Shown: positions 51,721 to 63,619, numbered from the stretch's first letter. The stretch is 64,000 bases of DNA from Felis catus (GCF_018350175.1 NC_058368.1:33544001-33608000), one strand, 5' to 3'. Made by a program: numbers and translations. Notes: a model not told the origin generated them from the letters alone.

Positions 51721-53701
51721 TTCTACGTAGCCTACTTTGTTTCTGCAGACCTCTCTCACATACTCACTAGCTAATGGTCTCCTATCACTTCCTATTCTAG
51801 ACGTGTCATTCAGAGAACTCCATTAACACTAGTGTAGTTCTTAATTACCTCTCTGTTAGCATGGGTGATTTGCTTTACAGATTCTTTCTTTAGCTGATAA
51901 AACATTCCTATGCCCAATTTAAAAAGATTTTGTTTAATCAGATCCCTGAGCTAATGAATACCATGTTTAAGCTACTTAAAGGTCTTTTTAAATATTTGAT
52001 GGTAGTATGGAATAAGTTAAAAATTTGCTGAATTTTTGTTTTTATTTAAAAAAAATATTAATAGCTTTTCATGTAATGAGTTTAACCACATTTACTTTGC
52101 AAACAAATTACTTTAGGCTACAAATTCAAAGCCATCTTTTTTTTTTAAGTAGAGTAAGGCTTTCTTTAAATAAGAGAGTCTAGGCAAATTGGTACTATAG
52201 AAAGTGTTGCTGGTCATGGAGGATCAAAGTCTAAAAGAAAAATTCCTTGTCAACACACACAAAAAAAATCCGAAGTGCATGTCTGCATATTTTTCTTCTT
52301 TCCCATTTCTACTTTATCTAAGGGCAAAATCCACCTGATGGAAACCAAAAGACAAAACAAAACAAAAAAAAAAAAAAAAAAAAAAACACACAAAACCTCC
52401 TATTGAATTGGAATTTAAAAATGAAAAAGTAATGTAAAATTATTTGTGTTATCCTTCTTATTGAACCATCTCTGTATTCACAGCAGACACCCTGGATACC
52501 TTACATTAAGTCATACTTACTCGTGTGAAAGAATTAATGCTTAACTTTTTCAAAAATAAAGTCCACTAGTGTATTTCCAGGCTATCAGGTAATAGGTTTC
52601 TGAGGCACTAGAAGAAATGTCCCCAGTGAATCCTAAATCGCAAATATCCTTACTCTCTCCATAGGAATATAAAACTTTGAATAACCTCATAATAAAATGA
52701 AGAAGGAGGAAGAGACTATAATAATTGAAGACTGGTCCTTTCATTATACTTTAGAGGCATTTCACTCAGTAATATATGTCGATTATATTTCTTAAGCACA
52801 GTAAAGCCCTATCCCTACATGAACAGTCTTATTGATTCTATTCTCATGGGTGTGCCATGTGCATAGTTCCACCTGTTCTGCAACAGCATAGCTCCAACAC
52901 CTGGCCTTCCTCCATTTTGTATTATTCATCAAGCACACGTGTAGAGGTTTTATGTTCGCAATCTGTTCCTCATGTGAATTTTCAATTCTTTGTGAAGTTA
53001 TGATGAATAGGGGATTGAGACCAGAACCAGAGATATCAGCTGCCTTTACATACAACCTGCTTAGGTATCTGCCTGTATGGTGTGATCCGAACTGTTCCTG
53101 CAGGGTAGCATATCCTGAAATACACTTCAGTCAATCCAAAACGAAATGTCTGAAATGTACCAGTATAGCAAAACTCCATTCCTTTTTTCTATACGTGTTT
53201 ATTTCCCAAACAGTAAATTGAGGACAAAAATTACATAATTCGGAAGGTGAAAGAGTACATGTAAGTCGACTATCATAGTAGTTATAAAAGCTACTCTGAT
53301 TTTGCTTATAATTATACAAAAATTCCATAAAATGAGAAATAAGTAATAACATTCAAATAGAAAAAACAATATCTAACTACGATTAATCTTTTGATATTCT
53401 TGATTCTAGTCTTAATTCTGTATGTGCATATGTTTGCAACCTATATACGTATATATGCATTACATATAGGATTTGAGATACTTTTTGTTAAACCATATAT
53501 TACAAAAGTGCATACACAATTCAATGATGGCTTTATTATTTTCATAAGAAAGCAGTTTTTACCTTTCTTGTTTGTCATTTTGTCCCCGGATCATAATTTA
53601 GTACCTAGCACACAATGCAGTCAATATCTTGAGTAAACAATAAAATTATTGGTGTATTTGGTATATATTTGATGAATTATTTGCTTTAAGAATTTATTTA
53701 A

Positions 53702-53919
53702 GGGGTGCCTGGGTGGCTCAGTCGGTTAAGCGTCCGACTCTTGGTCAGCTCAGGTCATGATCTGACAGTTCGTAAGTTCAAGCCCCATATCAGGATCTCT
53801 GCTGTCAGTGTGGAGCCTGCTTGGGATTTACTCTCTCTCCCTCTTTCTCTGCCCCTCCCCTGCTTGTACTTTCTGTCTCTTTCAAAATAAATAAGTAAAC
53901 TTTAAAAAGTTAGAAAAAA
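53702..53919 (+). mobile_element. Can-SINE
   Basis: TSD AAGAATTTATTTAA (53688-53701) / AATAATTTATTTAA (53920-53933). Confidence 0.95.
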
Positions 53920-53944
53920 AATAATTTATTTAAGAATATTCTTT

Positions 53945-54147
53945 TTTTTTAATATTTTTTAAACATTTATTTATTTCTGAGAGAGACAGAGCATGAGCAG
54001 AGAGAGAGGGAGACACAGAATCCGAAGCAGGCTCCAGGCTCTGAGCTGTCAGCACAGAGTCTGATGCGGGGCTCGAGCTCACAAACGGTGAGATCATGAC
54101 CTGAGCCGAAGTCAGATGCTTAACTGACTGAGTCACCCAGGCGCCCC
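53945..54147 (-). mobile_element. Can-SINE (SINEC_Fc type)
   Basis: TSD AAGAATATTCTTT at 53932-53944 and 54148-54160. Confidence 0.95.
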
Positions 54148-54840
54148 AAGAATATTCTTTTATCATACCAGAGAGGTCAAATTCTATAGGCCAAATCCCT
54201 TTACAATTAAGACTGTGGGTTTCCACAGAAACTACAATGCCCCCAAACTATGTTTTTTATAAGTTGGTAGAGGGCAGCTATTTCCATTTTCACAAAATGG
54301 GGATGTGGAGGCATTCTAGGCTTCTAGTGGATGGGGCTAGGGATGCTTGTTCTACTGTTAGGCATGGGACTGCCACATACACAAAATAACTATTTGCCTT
54401 TTCCATGGCTTTCATACGTCCTAATGTCTATTCATATAAATGTTTGTTAGTATCTGAGCATAAAAATCAACTTTGTGTTATATACAAACACAAAATGTTT
54501 TTGCATGTTTTTCTGTAAACCTAATTCCAAAATCCAAGTATCTTGTGAATTGGGGTGAGGTTGTTTTTCCTTTTGATCAGACCTTTATCACAGTGATGAT
54601 TTATTTATAAAAATCAGCCTACTGATAGTAATGTTGCTATGGTACTAGATCACCAATATTAAAATATGGTTGTTTTTTGTTTGTTCTCACATGGTGTCTC
54701 CATCTGCAAGTGTAAGTATCTGATTAGTTCACTATATATTTTAGTATAGTAGTACCTAAGCATATTCAAATACATATTTACTATGAAGTATTTATATGTA
54801 GTCCCTTTTATTGTTAGGGTGTTATATTTATTTGGTAAAT

Positions 54841-54846
<6 letters not shown>

Positions 54847-54891
<45 letters not shown>
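54847..54891. repeat. (TA)n microsatellite
   Basis: Seen directly. Confidence 0.95.
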
Positions 54892-54893
<2 letters not shown>

Positions 54894-54923
54894 GGCTATA
54901 CTATATTTAAATTTATTTTAGGA

Positions 54924-55394
54924 GAATTATGGATTGAATTGTGTCCCCTAAAAAGATATGTTGTAGTTCTAATTCCAGGTGCCTGTGAATGTTTATCTGG
55001 AAATAGGGTCTGTGCAGATGTAATTGAGTTAACATTGAATCATACTGGATTAAGGTGGGCCCCAAATCTACCTTAATATCAGAAAGGAGGAGGAAATTCA
55101 CATACAGAGATACAGGGGTACACAGACCAATAGGGAGGAAGGTCATAAGAAGACCGAACTAGAAACTGGAAAGACACCACCACCAACCAAGGAATATTGA
55201 AGATTGTCAGTAACCTCCAGAAGATAGGAAGAGAGGGGGAAAAAAATTATTCCCTAGATCCTTCAGAGGGAGCATGGCTCTGCTGATACCTTCATTTTAG
55301 ACTTCTAGCCTAGGACTGTAACGTAATAAATTTCTTTTGTGTTTAGCCACCCAGATCATGGTACTGCATCATGGCAGTTCTAGGAAATAATGCA
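54924..55394 (+). mobile_element. MaLR solo LTR (MLT1C-like)
   Basis: TTATGGATTGAATTGTGTCCCCTAAAAAGATATGTTG...GGAAATAGGGTC...CCTTCAGAGGGAGCATGGCTCTGCTGA...AATAAATTTC...CTAGGAAATAATGCA. Confidence 0.9.
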
Positions 55395-55479
55395 GACAGT
55401 AAATGGTATTACAAGTGTGTTCAAAGGGAAAGGGTGAAGCAATTAAAAACACTGAAATGTGAATAGATTTTTATAGACT

Positions 55480-55920
55480 ATTCTATTGACTTTCATGGTC
55501 CTTCAGGATATTCTTAGAACCTGCCTTTCCCAACCAATCCTTTCACAACTACCCCTTTTGCAATTTGCCATTATCTGAACACACACAACGTGTTATTTGT
55601 GCTCCTAGTTCTGCTGGGAATGATAATTCCCTTATCTCCTCCTGATTAAATAATAACTATTATGCACAGTCCATCTCAAAGGCAAATTCCTCCCTCCTAT
55701 ATGCCACCAACCAGGTATGTTGTTAGTGTTCCACTTGTTTTCACTTTTTTATAACCAGTAAACAAGAGTGTCCTGACTTGTGTTGTGGTTGTCAGTATAC
55801 AAATCTATTTGTCCATAATTTACTGAAAACAAAAACTGTGTCTTATCAATCTTTTATTCTCATCTGTACTGACCAAAGCACGTTGAATACTATTTGCAAT
55901 CAATTAAATAGATAAATAAC
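55480..55920 (+). mobile_element. Diverged L2 3' relic
   Basis: CTGTGTCTTATCAATCTTTTATTCTC and the following motifs resemble the L2 3' end. Confidence 0.5.
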
Positions 55921-57307
55921 ATTTTGTGATACAGGGAAAGTCTTTTTAAAAGAAGAGCTCTGGGAGATTAACCACTTTTCTGGGAGCGTATCAAAAAATG
56001 GAATTGTACGAATTTAAAGAAGAAAATAAATTGATGATGGCCATTAAGGAATAAGGCAAAGAAAAAATTTGATTAAAAAAACAGGATACAACAGTGAAAA
56101 AAGATGCGTATGACTAGAAAAAATGGTATTTTGCCTGAGGTAGGCAAGGCAGAAAGTAAAATTTATGTTTCCCGTTAATGCCTATCATGTTAATGTATAG
56201 ACAGATGGCCAAGGCCGGAAAGCAAACTTCACGATGTCCTAACATGATGGATCTTGGAGGCTCAATATTTTTAACAAGCTATACAATCCAGCCCCACCTC
56301 CCCCAAAGCGACTTATTTCTCTCCTTTCCTCTTTTAGTCTTATTGTTTCAGAATTACGCCATTTCAGTAGACAAGGCAATTTTATTATATATCATCTACA
56401 ACACATATTTGGTAAATCTTAATAACATCTTCTTACACCTACACAGTAAATTACTAGTAAAACTGCTTTAGCTGTGACATTTTCACTATTTGCATTATCA
56501 TCAACTCTTACATAGGCATATATTCCAATTTTGAAAAGAGAAGCTTTCACAAACATTATGACATTTGGTTGAGTTGAGCAACTTAAAAACCAGGCCTTAT
56601 TAAAATATTTTCTGATGTCAGATTTCTCTCCAAAAAGCAGTATTAAGGAGATCTGTAATTGTCACTAGCATACTTCCCTCAAGATGGGTAATATGTTATT
56701 TCTGTAAATTGATTTTCCATAACTTTCCCTCTTGGCCCTCCATAATTAATGACTTAAAATTTCAAGTTAGACCTTAATTCCCTCACACTCAGCATTTCTC
56801 AGTGTACTATTCATAGCCTATAAACATATGAACATGACATTTGATAGTCAAACTTGAAAAGATTGTATAAAACAATGTTTAAAAATAGCTCATGTATTCT
56901 TATTCACAAAGTTATTTGTATTTTGGGAAAGATTCCCCGGATGTCCTTAAATCGAAGCTATAAATATACATAAGGCAGATAAGCACAAGTACTTGAATTT
57001 CACACAGAATAGTAACTAAATGGGTAGATGCCTCCATGAGACCTTTTCAATAACCCATGCTACTGGGACTTGTCAAACTCTAATCCACTTACTGATCTGA
57101 TCCGACCTCTAATTCAGGTGGTTTTTGTTTGTTCATTTGTTTCATTTAGTTGGAGCTCATATCCCTTCTTTCAGTGTCATCATAGAAAAATAATTAAAAA
57201 CCCTAATGGACAGTATAAAAAATAATATCATATAGGTTACATAGAATTGTATAGCTAGATAGTACAGAAACTTTTAGTAACTTCATGTGTAATAAATAAT
57301 TTAAAGC

Positions 57308-57465
57308 AGTGGTTCTCAACTGGAAGTGATTTTGCCTTTCAGAAGATATTTGAGAGTGTCTAGAGACAGTTTTGTCACTACAGGGGTTGTGCTTATTGTA
57401 GCTAATGGGTAGAAACTAGGGATGCTCCAGCTGTGGTCTGTTCTCTGCTTTGCAGGATGTTTGGT
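57308..57465 (+). mobile_element. Partial MER20 (hAT-Charlie) with the last ~36 bp inverted
   Basis: CAGTGGTTCTCAACTGG...TGATTTTGCC...CTAGGGATGCT, followed by the reverse complement of the next MER20 segment. Confidence 0.8.
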
Positions 57466-57650
57466 AGATGGGTCTTTCATCTCCTGAGTTCAGTTTACTA
57501 AAACCTGTAAGGATGGCTATTATTATGAAAAAAAATAGATAAGTATCGGCAAACACGTGGAGCAGTTAGAACCCTTGCGCACTATTAGGAACGCAAAATG
57601 GTACAGCCACTATGGAAAACAGAATGGATGCTCCTCAAAAAATTAAAAAT

Positions 57651-58290
57651 GTGGGAATGCAAGCTGGTGCAGCCACTCTGGAAAACACTATGGAGCTTCC
57701 TCAAAAAAACTAAAAATAGAACTACCCTAGTACCCAGCAATTGCACTACTAGGCATTTATCCACGGGATACAGGTGTGCTGTTTCGAAGGGACACATGCA
57801 CCCCCATGTTTATAGCAGCACTATCGGCAATAGCCAAAGTATGGAAAGAGCCCAAATGCCCATCGATGGATGAACGGAGAAAGAAGATGTGATGTATATA
57901 TATACAGTGGAGTATTACTCGGGAATCATAAAGAATGAAATCTTGCCATTTGCAACTACGTGGATGGAACTGGAGGGGATTATGCTAAGTGAAATTAGTC
58001 AGAGAAAGACAAAAACCATATGACTTCATCATATGAGGACTTTAAGAAACAAAACAGATGAACATAAGGGAAGGGAAACAAAAATAATATAAAAACAGGG
58101 AGGGGACAAAAGAGACTCATAAGTATGGAGAACAAACTGAGGGTTACTGTAGAGGTTGTGGGAGGGGGGATGGGCGAAATGGGTAAGGGGCACTAAGGAA
58201 TCTACTCCTGAAGTCATTGTTGCACTATATGCTAACTAATTTGGATATAAATTTTAAAAAATAAAAAAAAATAAAATAAAAAAAAAGAAA
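57651..58290 (+). mobile_element. Young felid-type L1 3' fragment with A-tail
   Basis: CpG-retaining ORF2 end and short felid-type 3' UTR (GGGGCACTAAGGAATCTACTCCTGAA); A-tail at 58256-58290. Confidence 0.92.
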
Positions 58291-58342
58291 TTTAGATCAA
58301 GTTGCTATATACTCCAGAAGTTTTATAATAAAAAATGACTGT

Positions 58343-58560
58343 GAGGCGCCTGGGTAGCTTGGTTGGTTAAGTGTCCAACTTTGGCTCAAGTCACGATCTC
58401 ACCGTTTGTGAGTTCAAGCCCCGCATCAGACTCTGTGCTGACAGCTCAGAGCCTGGAGCCTGCTTCGGATTCTGTGTCTCCCTCTCTCTCTGCCCCTCCC
58501 GTGCTCATGCTCTGTCTCTCTCTGTCTCAAAAATAAATAAACATTAAAAAAAATTTTAAA
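58343..58560 (+). mobile_element. Can-SINE (SINEC_Fc)
   Basis: Head GAGGCGCCTGGGT, (CT)n, AATAAATAAACATT tail. Confidence 0.95.
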
Positions 58561-59164
58561 AATGTGCAAACATAAAAAAAATAAAAATAGAACTACCATA
58601 TAACACAGTAAACCCACTTCTGGGTATTTGCCAAAAAGAATTGAAATCAGAATTTGAAAGTTTTATTACTAATCTTTAGTTAATTACAGAACTATTCACA
58701 ATAGCCAAGTTATAGACAGAACCTAATGTCCATCAACAGATGAATGGATAAAGAAAATGTGGTTTATGCATACAATGGAATATTATTCAGCCTTAAAAAA
58801 AGAAGGAAATTTTTCAATATACAACGACACAGATGACCCTTGATGATATTAATCTAAGTGAAACAAATAAATCACAAATACTATATGATTCCACTTATAT
58901 GGTGTGTCTGAAATAGTCAAATTCATAGAATCAAAGAGTGGAATGGCAGTTACTTGGGAATGGGGAGAGGAGGAAATGAAAAGTTATCCATCAACTGGCA
59001 TGAAATTTCCGTTATGCAAGATGAGGAAGCTTTAGAGATCTGTTGTACAACATTGCACCTGGTGTAAACTTTAATGCACTGTGCACTTAAATATTTGTTA
59101 AGGGGGTAGATCTCACGTTAAGTGTGCTTACCACAGTAAAATGAGTTTTCTTTTTTCAAAATAT

Positions 59165-59557
59165 AAATGACTATGACACACTTTTAGCTGGTATATACTC
59201 TCTCTGGTTTTTCTTGCTTGCTTCTTTTAATGAAGCAAGTTGCCATTATCTGAGCTACCCTATGAAATGACCTATGTGGCAAGGATCCAAGAGTGACCTC
59301 TGGCCAACAGCCCTTGAGGAAGTGAATCCTGCCATGGGCCATGTGAATGAGCTTGGAAACTGATCCTTTCCCGCCTGCATATAAAACTGCAACCCTATCT
59401 GGTCCCTTGATTGCATCTTGTAAAAGACCCAAAGTCAGAGGAACTAGCTAAGCTATACTCTGATTCCTTACGTAGAGAAAATGTGAAATAATAAATAGTG
59501 CTGATTAAGGCATCAAACTGTAGAGTAATTTGTTATGCAGCAATAGATACTAAAACA
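59165..59557 (+). mobile_element. MaLR LTR (MLT1E/F-like), 3' part; a short upstream piece probably lies at 57466-57502
   Basis: TGAAGCAAGTTGCCAT, GTGGCAAGGA, TGGCCAACAGCCC...TGAATCCTGCCA, and the end GTAATTTGTTATGCAGCAATAGATACTAAAACA. Confidence 0.85.
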
Positions 59558-61304
59558 GATACATAATTTAGATCTTACTTTTAATGTATATTTGAAAAAT
59601 GTTCACAAGGCTTTTATATCTTTCTTAGAGACACAAAATACACTATAAGCTGTATTTTTTAGAGAAACAAAATACACTATAGACTCCCTTTGACTGCTTT
59701 CAGCAAAATTATTGGTATAAATAAATTAATGAAGTAAAATAATTTGGTGGAGGTTTCAATATTTTATCATTGGTACGGTAATGTTATAGCTACTATAACA
59801 TGAATACATGTATACCTGATCATTTAAATGCAATATGTCAATCACAATGATTGACTATAGGTAAAAAAGTTTCAACTGGTATTTTCTTACTGTTTTAAGT
59901 ACTGACATAAGTTAAATAATAGCTAATAAATATAATTGCTCAATCCGCACAATATGTGACCTGTTTTTAAAGCCTAAAAAAAAACACTAGTGAACAAAAT
60001 TGGCAGAAGATGGTGAGTAACTTAGCCACCCTTTTCATAAAATCACACATCTTATAACTGAATATTCTTGATCAAGATGGTAATTATACATAACCTACTA
60101 GCTTGATTTATTTCTGTCATTATGTAAAACTTTAGGGTCCTGCTTTATCAGTATTCCACAGTAATCAAATTATAATGACAAGCTCTTCTCATATAACTTA
60201 CAGATGTGGTACAGGATTTGTTATGATAATTACCATTCTTAGATATCTCTCAATTAGAGATCAGTAAAATTAGAGACACTGCTGTGTCTTCAACTCTTCT
60301 AATAGTGCCTGATGTGCAGTAAGGCCAGTCTATATTTGTTGTCATATTAAAACTGTAAAACTGTATTACACTGTATTAATCATACTAAAATTTTTAATCA
60401 CAATAAAAATTCACAATGATTTTTAAAATATCAACAATCAAAAAAGTAAAAGAAAAATTATGATTTGGTAATATAGCAATAATGTAATTCCTTCCAGTTA
60501 TATTTTTATGTATATTAATTCAATTATGAATTCATATAAAAATATGTATTAAATGCCTACTCTCTATTCCAGTACAAAATTAGACTCCGAGGACATACTC
60601 CTGGAAAAGAGAAAATATCAAACCAATTCCTATGCTAATAGACCCATATGGAAGAGTTGGAAAGACAGAAATGAAACCAATAAACATAAATCAAATACTG
60701 AAATAAGAAAGAAAGTTTCTCTGAGGCAGAATGACAGAATGAACCTTTTTTTTTTCTTTGAGGGAAGGAACTATCAAGGAAATCCTCACAGACAAGGAGA
60801 TTTTTAATAATTACTGAGTAGTGAATAGTTGATACCAAAAAGTCAGGCAGAGAAGCATTCCAAGCAGCAAGTGTGAAAAGCGTAGGCTCCAATGTGCATG
60901 AAGAGAGCTGGGATCTTGCTAGAATCTTGGACCCATATCTACCAGCTATTACAGGGCTGATGGAACTATATTAAAAAAAATGATCTCTAAGAACATTTCA
61001 GCAGTTAACCCACAAAGTTGAAAGACGTTAAGGACACCTTGTCCTAGCCTCACCTTCTGTTCCCGAGTTTGGAATCTAATCCTAATAAAAGTGATACACT
61101 GCATTATTGTACTCTTTCATTTTTGTGTTAATTATGAAAGTACATTCTTTATAACCTCCTAAAGTACTGCCAATTTATATGCTGTGGGACTGCCCCTTGA
61201 CCTCTCTGTGCCACAGTGTTCCACAACCACTTGTGTCAAAGCAATGTGAGTATGTTAATCAAAAAACTGCTAAGCACAGGAGTCACTTAAAAAGTTTCCA
61301 CCCA

Positions 61305-61519
61305 GGGGCGCCTGGGTGGCTCAGTCAGTTGGGCCTCTGACTTCAGCTCAGGTCATGGTCTCCTGGTTTGTGGATTCGAGCCCCACATTGGACTCTGTGC
61401 TGACAGTTCCGAGCCTGGAGCCTGCTTCGGATTCTGTGTCTTCCTCTCTCTCTCTCTGCCCCTCCCCAACTCATGCACGCTCTCTTTCTCTCTCTCTCAA
61501 AAATAAGCATTAAAAAAAA
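61305..61519 (+). mobile_element. Can-SINE
   Basis: TSD AAAAGTTTCCACCCA / AAAAGTACCCACCCA. Confidence 0.95.
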
Positions 61520-61615
61520 AAAAGTACCCACCCAAAGGTCTTCCATTTGTGTTGTTTCAGAAAAAAATTATATACTTATAAAATTATATATGCATATAAA
61601 ACTATACACACACAC

Positions 61616-61616
<1 letters not shown>

Positions 61617-61662
<46 letters not shown>

Positions 61663-61668
61663 TATATA
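61617..61668. repeat. (TA)n microsatellite
   Basis: Seen directly. Confidence 0.95.
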
Positions 61669-61989
61669 TGGTTTTAGCATGATCCCTGGTGTCTGCAACT
61701 ACAACAAAACTCTATTTACAAACACACCCCATAGTCTTTTCAGTTCCAATATCATATTTTTTCCCAGTTTACAAAATTTCTCTATCTTTACTTGAAATTT
61801 TCAAATGACACATTCATTAATATGTTTTGGTGACTATTAGATTTTATTCCATTTTTTAAATACATATTAGTTTGGTACCTATTTTTTTTTTTGTAAAATC
61901 TTTAGAATTCAGCCATCACATACACAAAAAATAGGTATAGCCCTCTCATAGAATTGGGGGAAATAGAAAGACATTTAAAATAGCTAATT

Positions 61990-62780
61990 ATACTAAGGTG
62001 TGATAAGTATTGTGATGGGGGAAATACTGAGTGAGACAAAAGCAAAAAATAGATAGGATGAACTTGATCTCAGGACCAGAAAAGTGTTCCAAAGGAAGAC
62101 TATTTAAGGGATAGACTAGGAAGATAAATAAGAATTGCTCAAGAAAGTGAGAAATGTGAAGAAGGATAGGTAGTGGGGGATAAATGGTGTGAGACTCATT
62201 TTTGAACAAAATCAAAAGCCTAACAGGAAGACACAGCTGGTCACTTTGGGGGACAAAGTTCACTGTATCTGAGGTTTAGAGTATATGGACATTGAATATG
62301 TAAGAGAAATCACAAGATGAGGTTGGAGAGAAAGGCAAAACCCCATGATATAAGACCCAGTAATGCATGTTGCTTTATTCTTAGGACAATGGGAATCCAA
62401 TGAAAGAATTGAAACAGAGTAGACATGATTTAAGAGATGATCCTGCTACAGTTTGCAAAATGATAAGCCATTTGACAGTGTGTTGTACTAGTTGGGGCAA
62501 GAGATGATATGATCATTGCCTTTACTAGAAGTATGACTATGGATGAATTTGGTAGGCGCTTAAGAAATAGAAATATCAGTGCTCGATGTCTGAATAGTAT
62601 CACTAAGGGCAGAAAGAGAAGCAACTGATGATTTCCATGTTACCACCTGTGAAAATAGGTTTAACAATGGAGTCATTTATTGTGAAGAGAAAGCCTCAGT
62701 TTAGAAATAAATTTAATGTATTCAGATTTGACCGCTATACACATTGATAGCCGAGCACAAATGACCAATAAGCAAGAGGC
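61990..62780 (-). mobile_element. L2 relic
   Basis: Antisense L2 motifs (AGATGAGGTTGGAGAG, CTTTATTCTTAGGACAATGGGAATCCAATGAAAG, ATGGAGTCATTTATTGTG). Confidence 0.7.
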
Positions 62781-63327
62781 TATAAAGTTCCACCATTTCC
62801 TTAGCACTTTTTGGAGTAAAGTGACATGTGTTACTCTTCTGCAAGTGTGAATGTACTCTTTTCAATAATATTTCTACAATAATTTTGATCCACATCATAC
62901 AAAGTTCTAATGATTACATCACCACTTCCATTAGAACATAAAGTGAAATAATGAGGAGCCAAGAAAAATCTTGGGTTGCTAACGTACTGTTAGGTGAGTT
63001 GGACAATGAATCATCTGAAAGAACCCTGAATTATGGCACTATGTGAATGTTTTAATGGCAGTTATATGTTATGTCTGTGTGTGTGTGTGTGTGTGTCGCA
63101 CAACTAAAAGCCACCCATGTATTCTCCTAGAAATCTGCCATAACAGGAATGACACATCATACATTTTTGATGTTTGTGAGAATTCTGGGACACATCTACA
63201 TTCTCAGAGCCAGTCACGGAGAAATAATGTGGAAGGAAAATTTGGAGGGGAGGGTAGAACTAAAAGGATGCAATAATAGAAGGTACAAATAAAGGAATGT
63301 TCTTTTTTTGTGAGGGAATCTCTTCAG

Positions 63328-63503
63328 CTGCATTTCTCAATCTTACCTATATGTGGAGTCACCTGCGGAAGTTTTAAAACATACATGAACTAGGCCCACC
63401 CAATAAGTACAGACTCAGTGTCTGTGGGTTTAGGTGGTAGGCATGGTACTCTTTTCAAACCTTCATTAGTGAATCTGAGATCTACCCTTTATTAAGAGTA
63501 GCT
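63328..63503. mobile_element. MER5A-like hAT-Charlie MITE relic
   Basis: TTTCTCAATCTT...GAGTCACCTGCGGAAGTTTTAAAACATACA...AGGCCCACCC...AGACTCAG. Confidence 0.65.
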
Positions 63504-63619
63504 AGTTTATAACTTCTATTGAAAGGAGAAGAGTCATATATTGCTACATATTTTTAATTTTACAAATATAATTTCTAAGTGTGAAATGTAATATGGACAG
63601 TTGTACTTAAAAGTAACAG

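Larger units (their letters stand above)
54213..55454 (+). mobile_element. MER20B-like hAT-Charlie relic, interrupted by (TA)n and MLT1C
   Basis: TAGTGGATGGGGCTAGGGATGCT, TATCTGAGC...TATACAAACACAAAATGTTTTTGCATG; terminal part resumes at 55395-55454 and ends AAACACTG. Confidence 0.75.
57503..59142 (+). mobile_element. Older L1 (L1MA/MB-like) 3' fragment hosting a younger L1 and a SINE
   Basis: ORF2 3' end reads continuously from ...CTCCTCAAAAAATTAAAAAT (57650) to AGAACTACCATAT (58589); 3' UTR ends ~59142. Confidence 0.88.

Noticed and set aside
52550..52744. 64-aa minus ORF with a hydrophobic N-terminus and an EGF-like 'ICDLGFTG'
   Set aside because: Only one cysteine, and a stop precedes the splice donor; the resemblance is probably coincidental.
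519..61519. tRNA genes, or a repeated small-protein family (MAQSV...SAQVMIS...LEPASDSVSPSLS)
   Set aside because: All are tRNA-derived Can-SINE copies with A-tails and TSDs; the shared peptides are translations of the SINE consensus.
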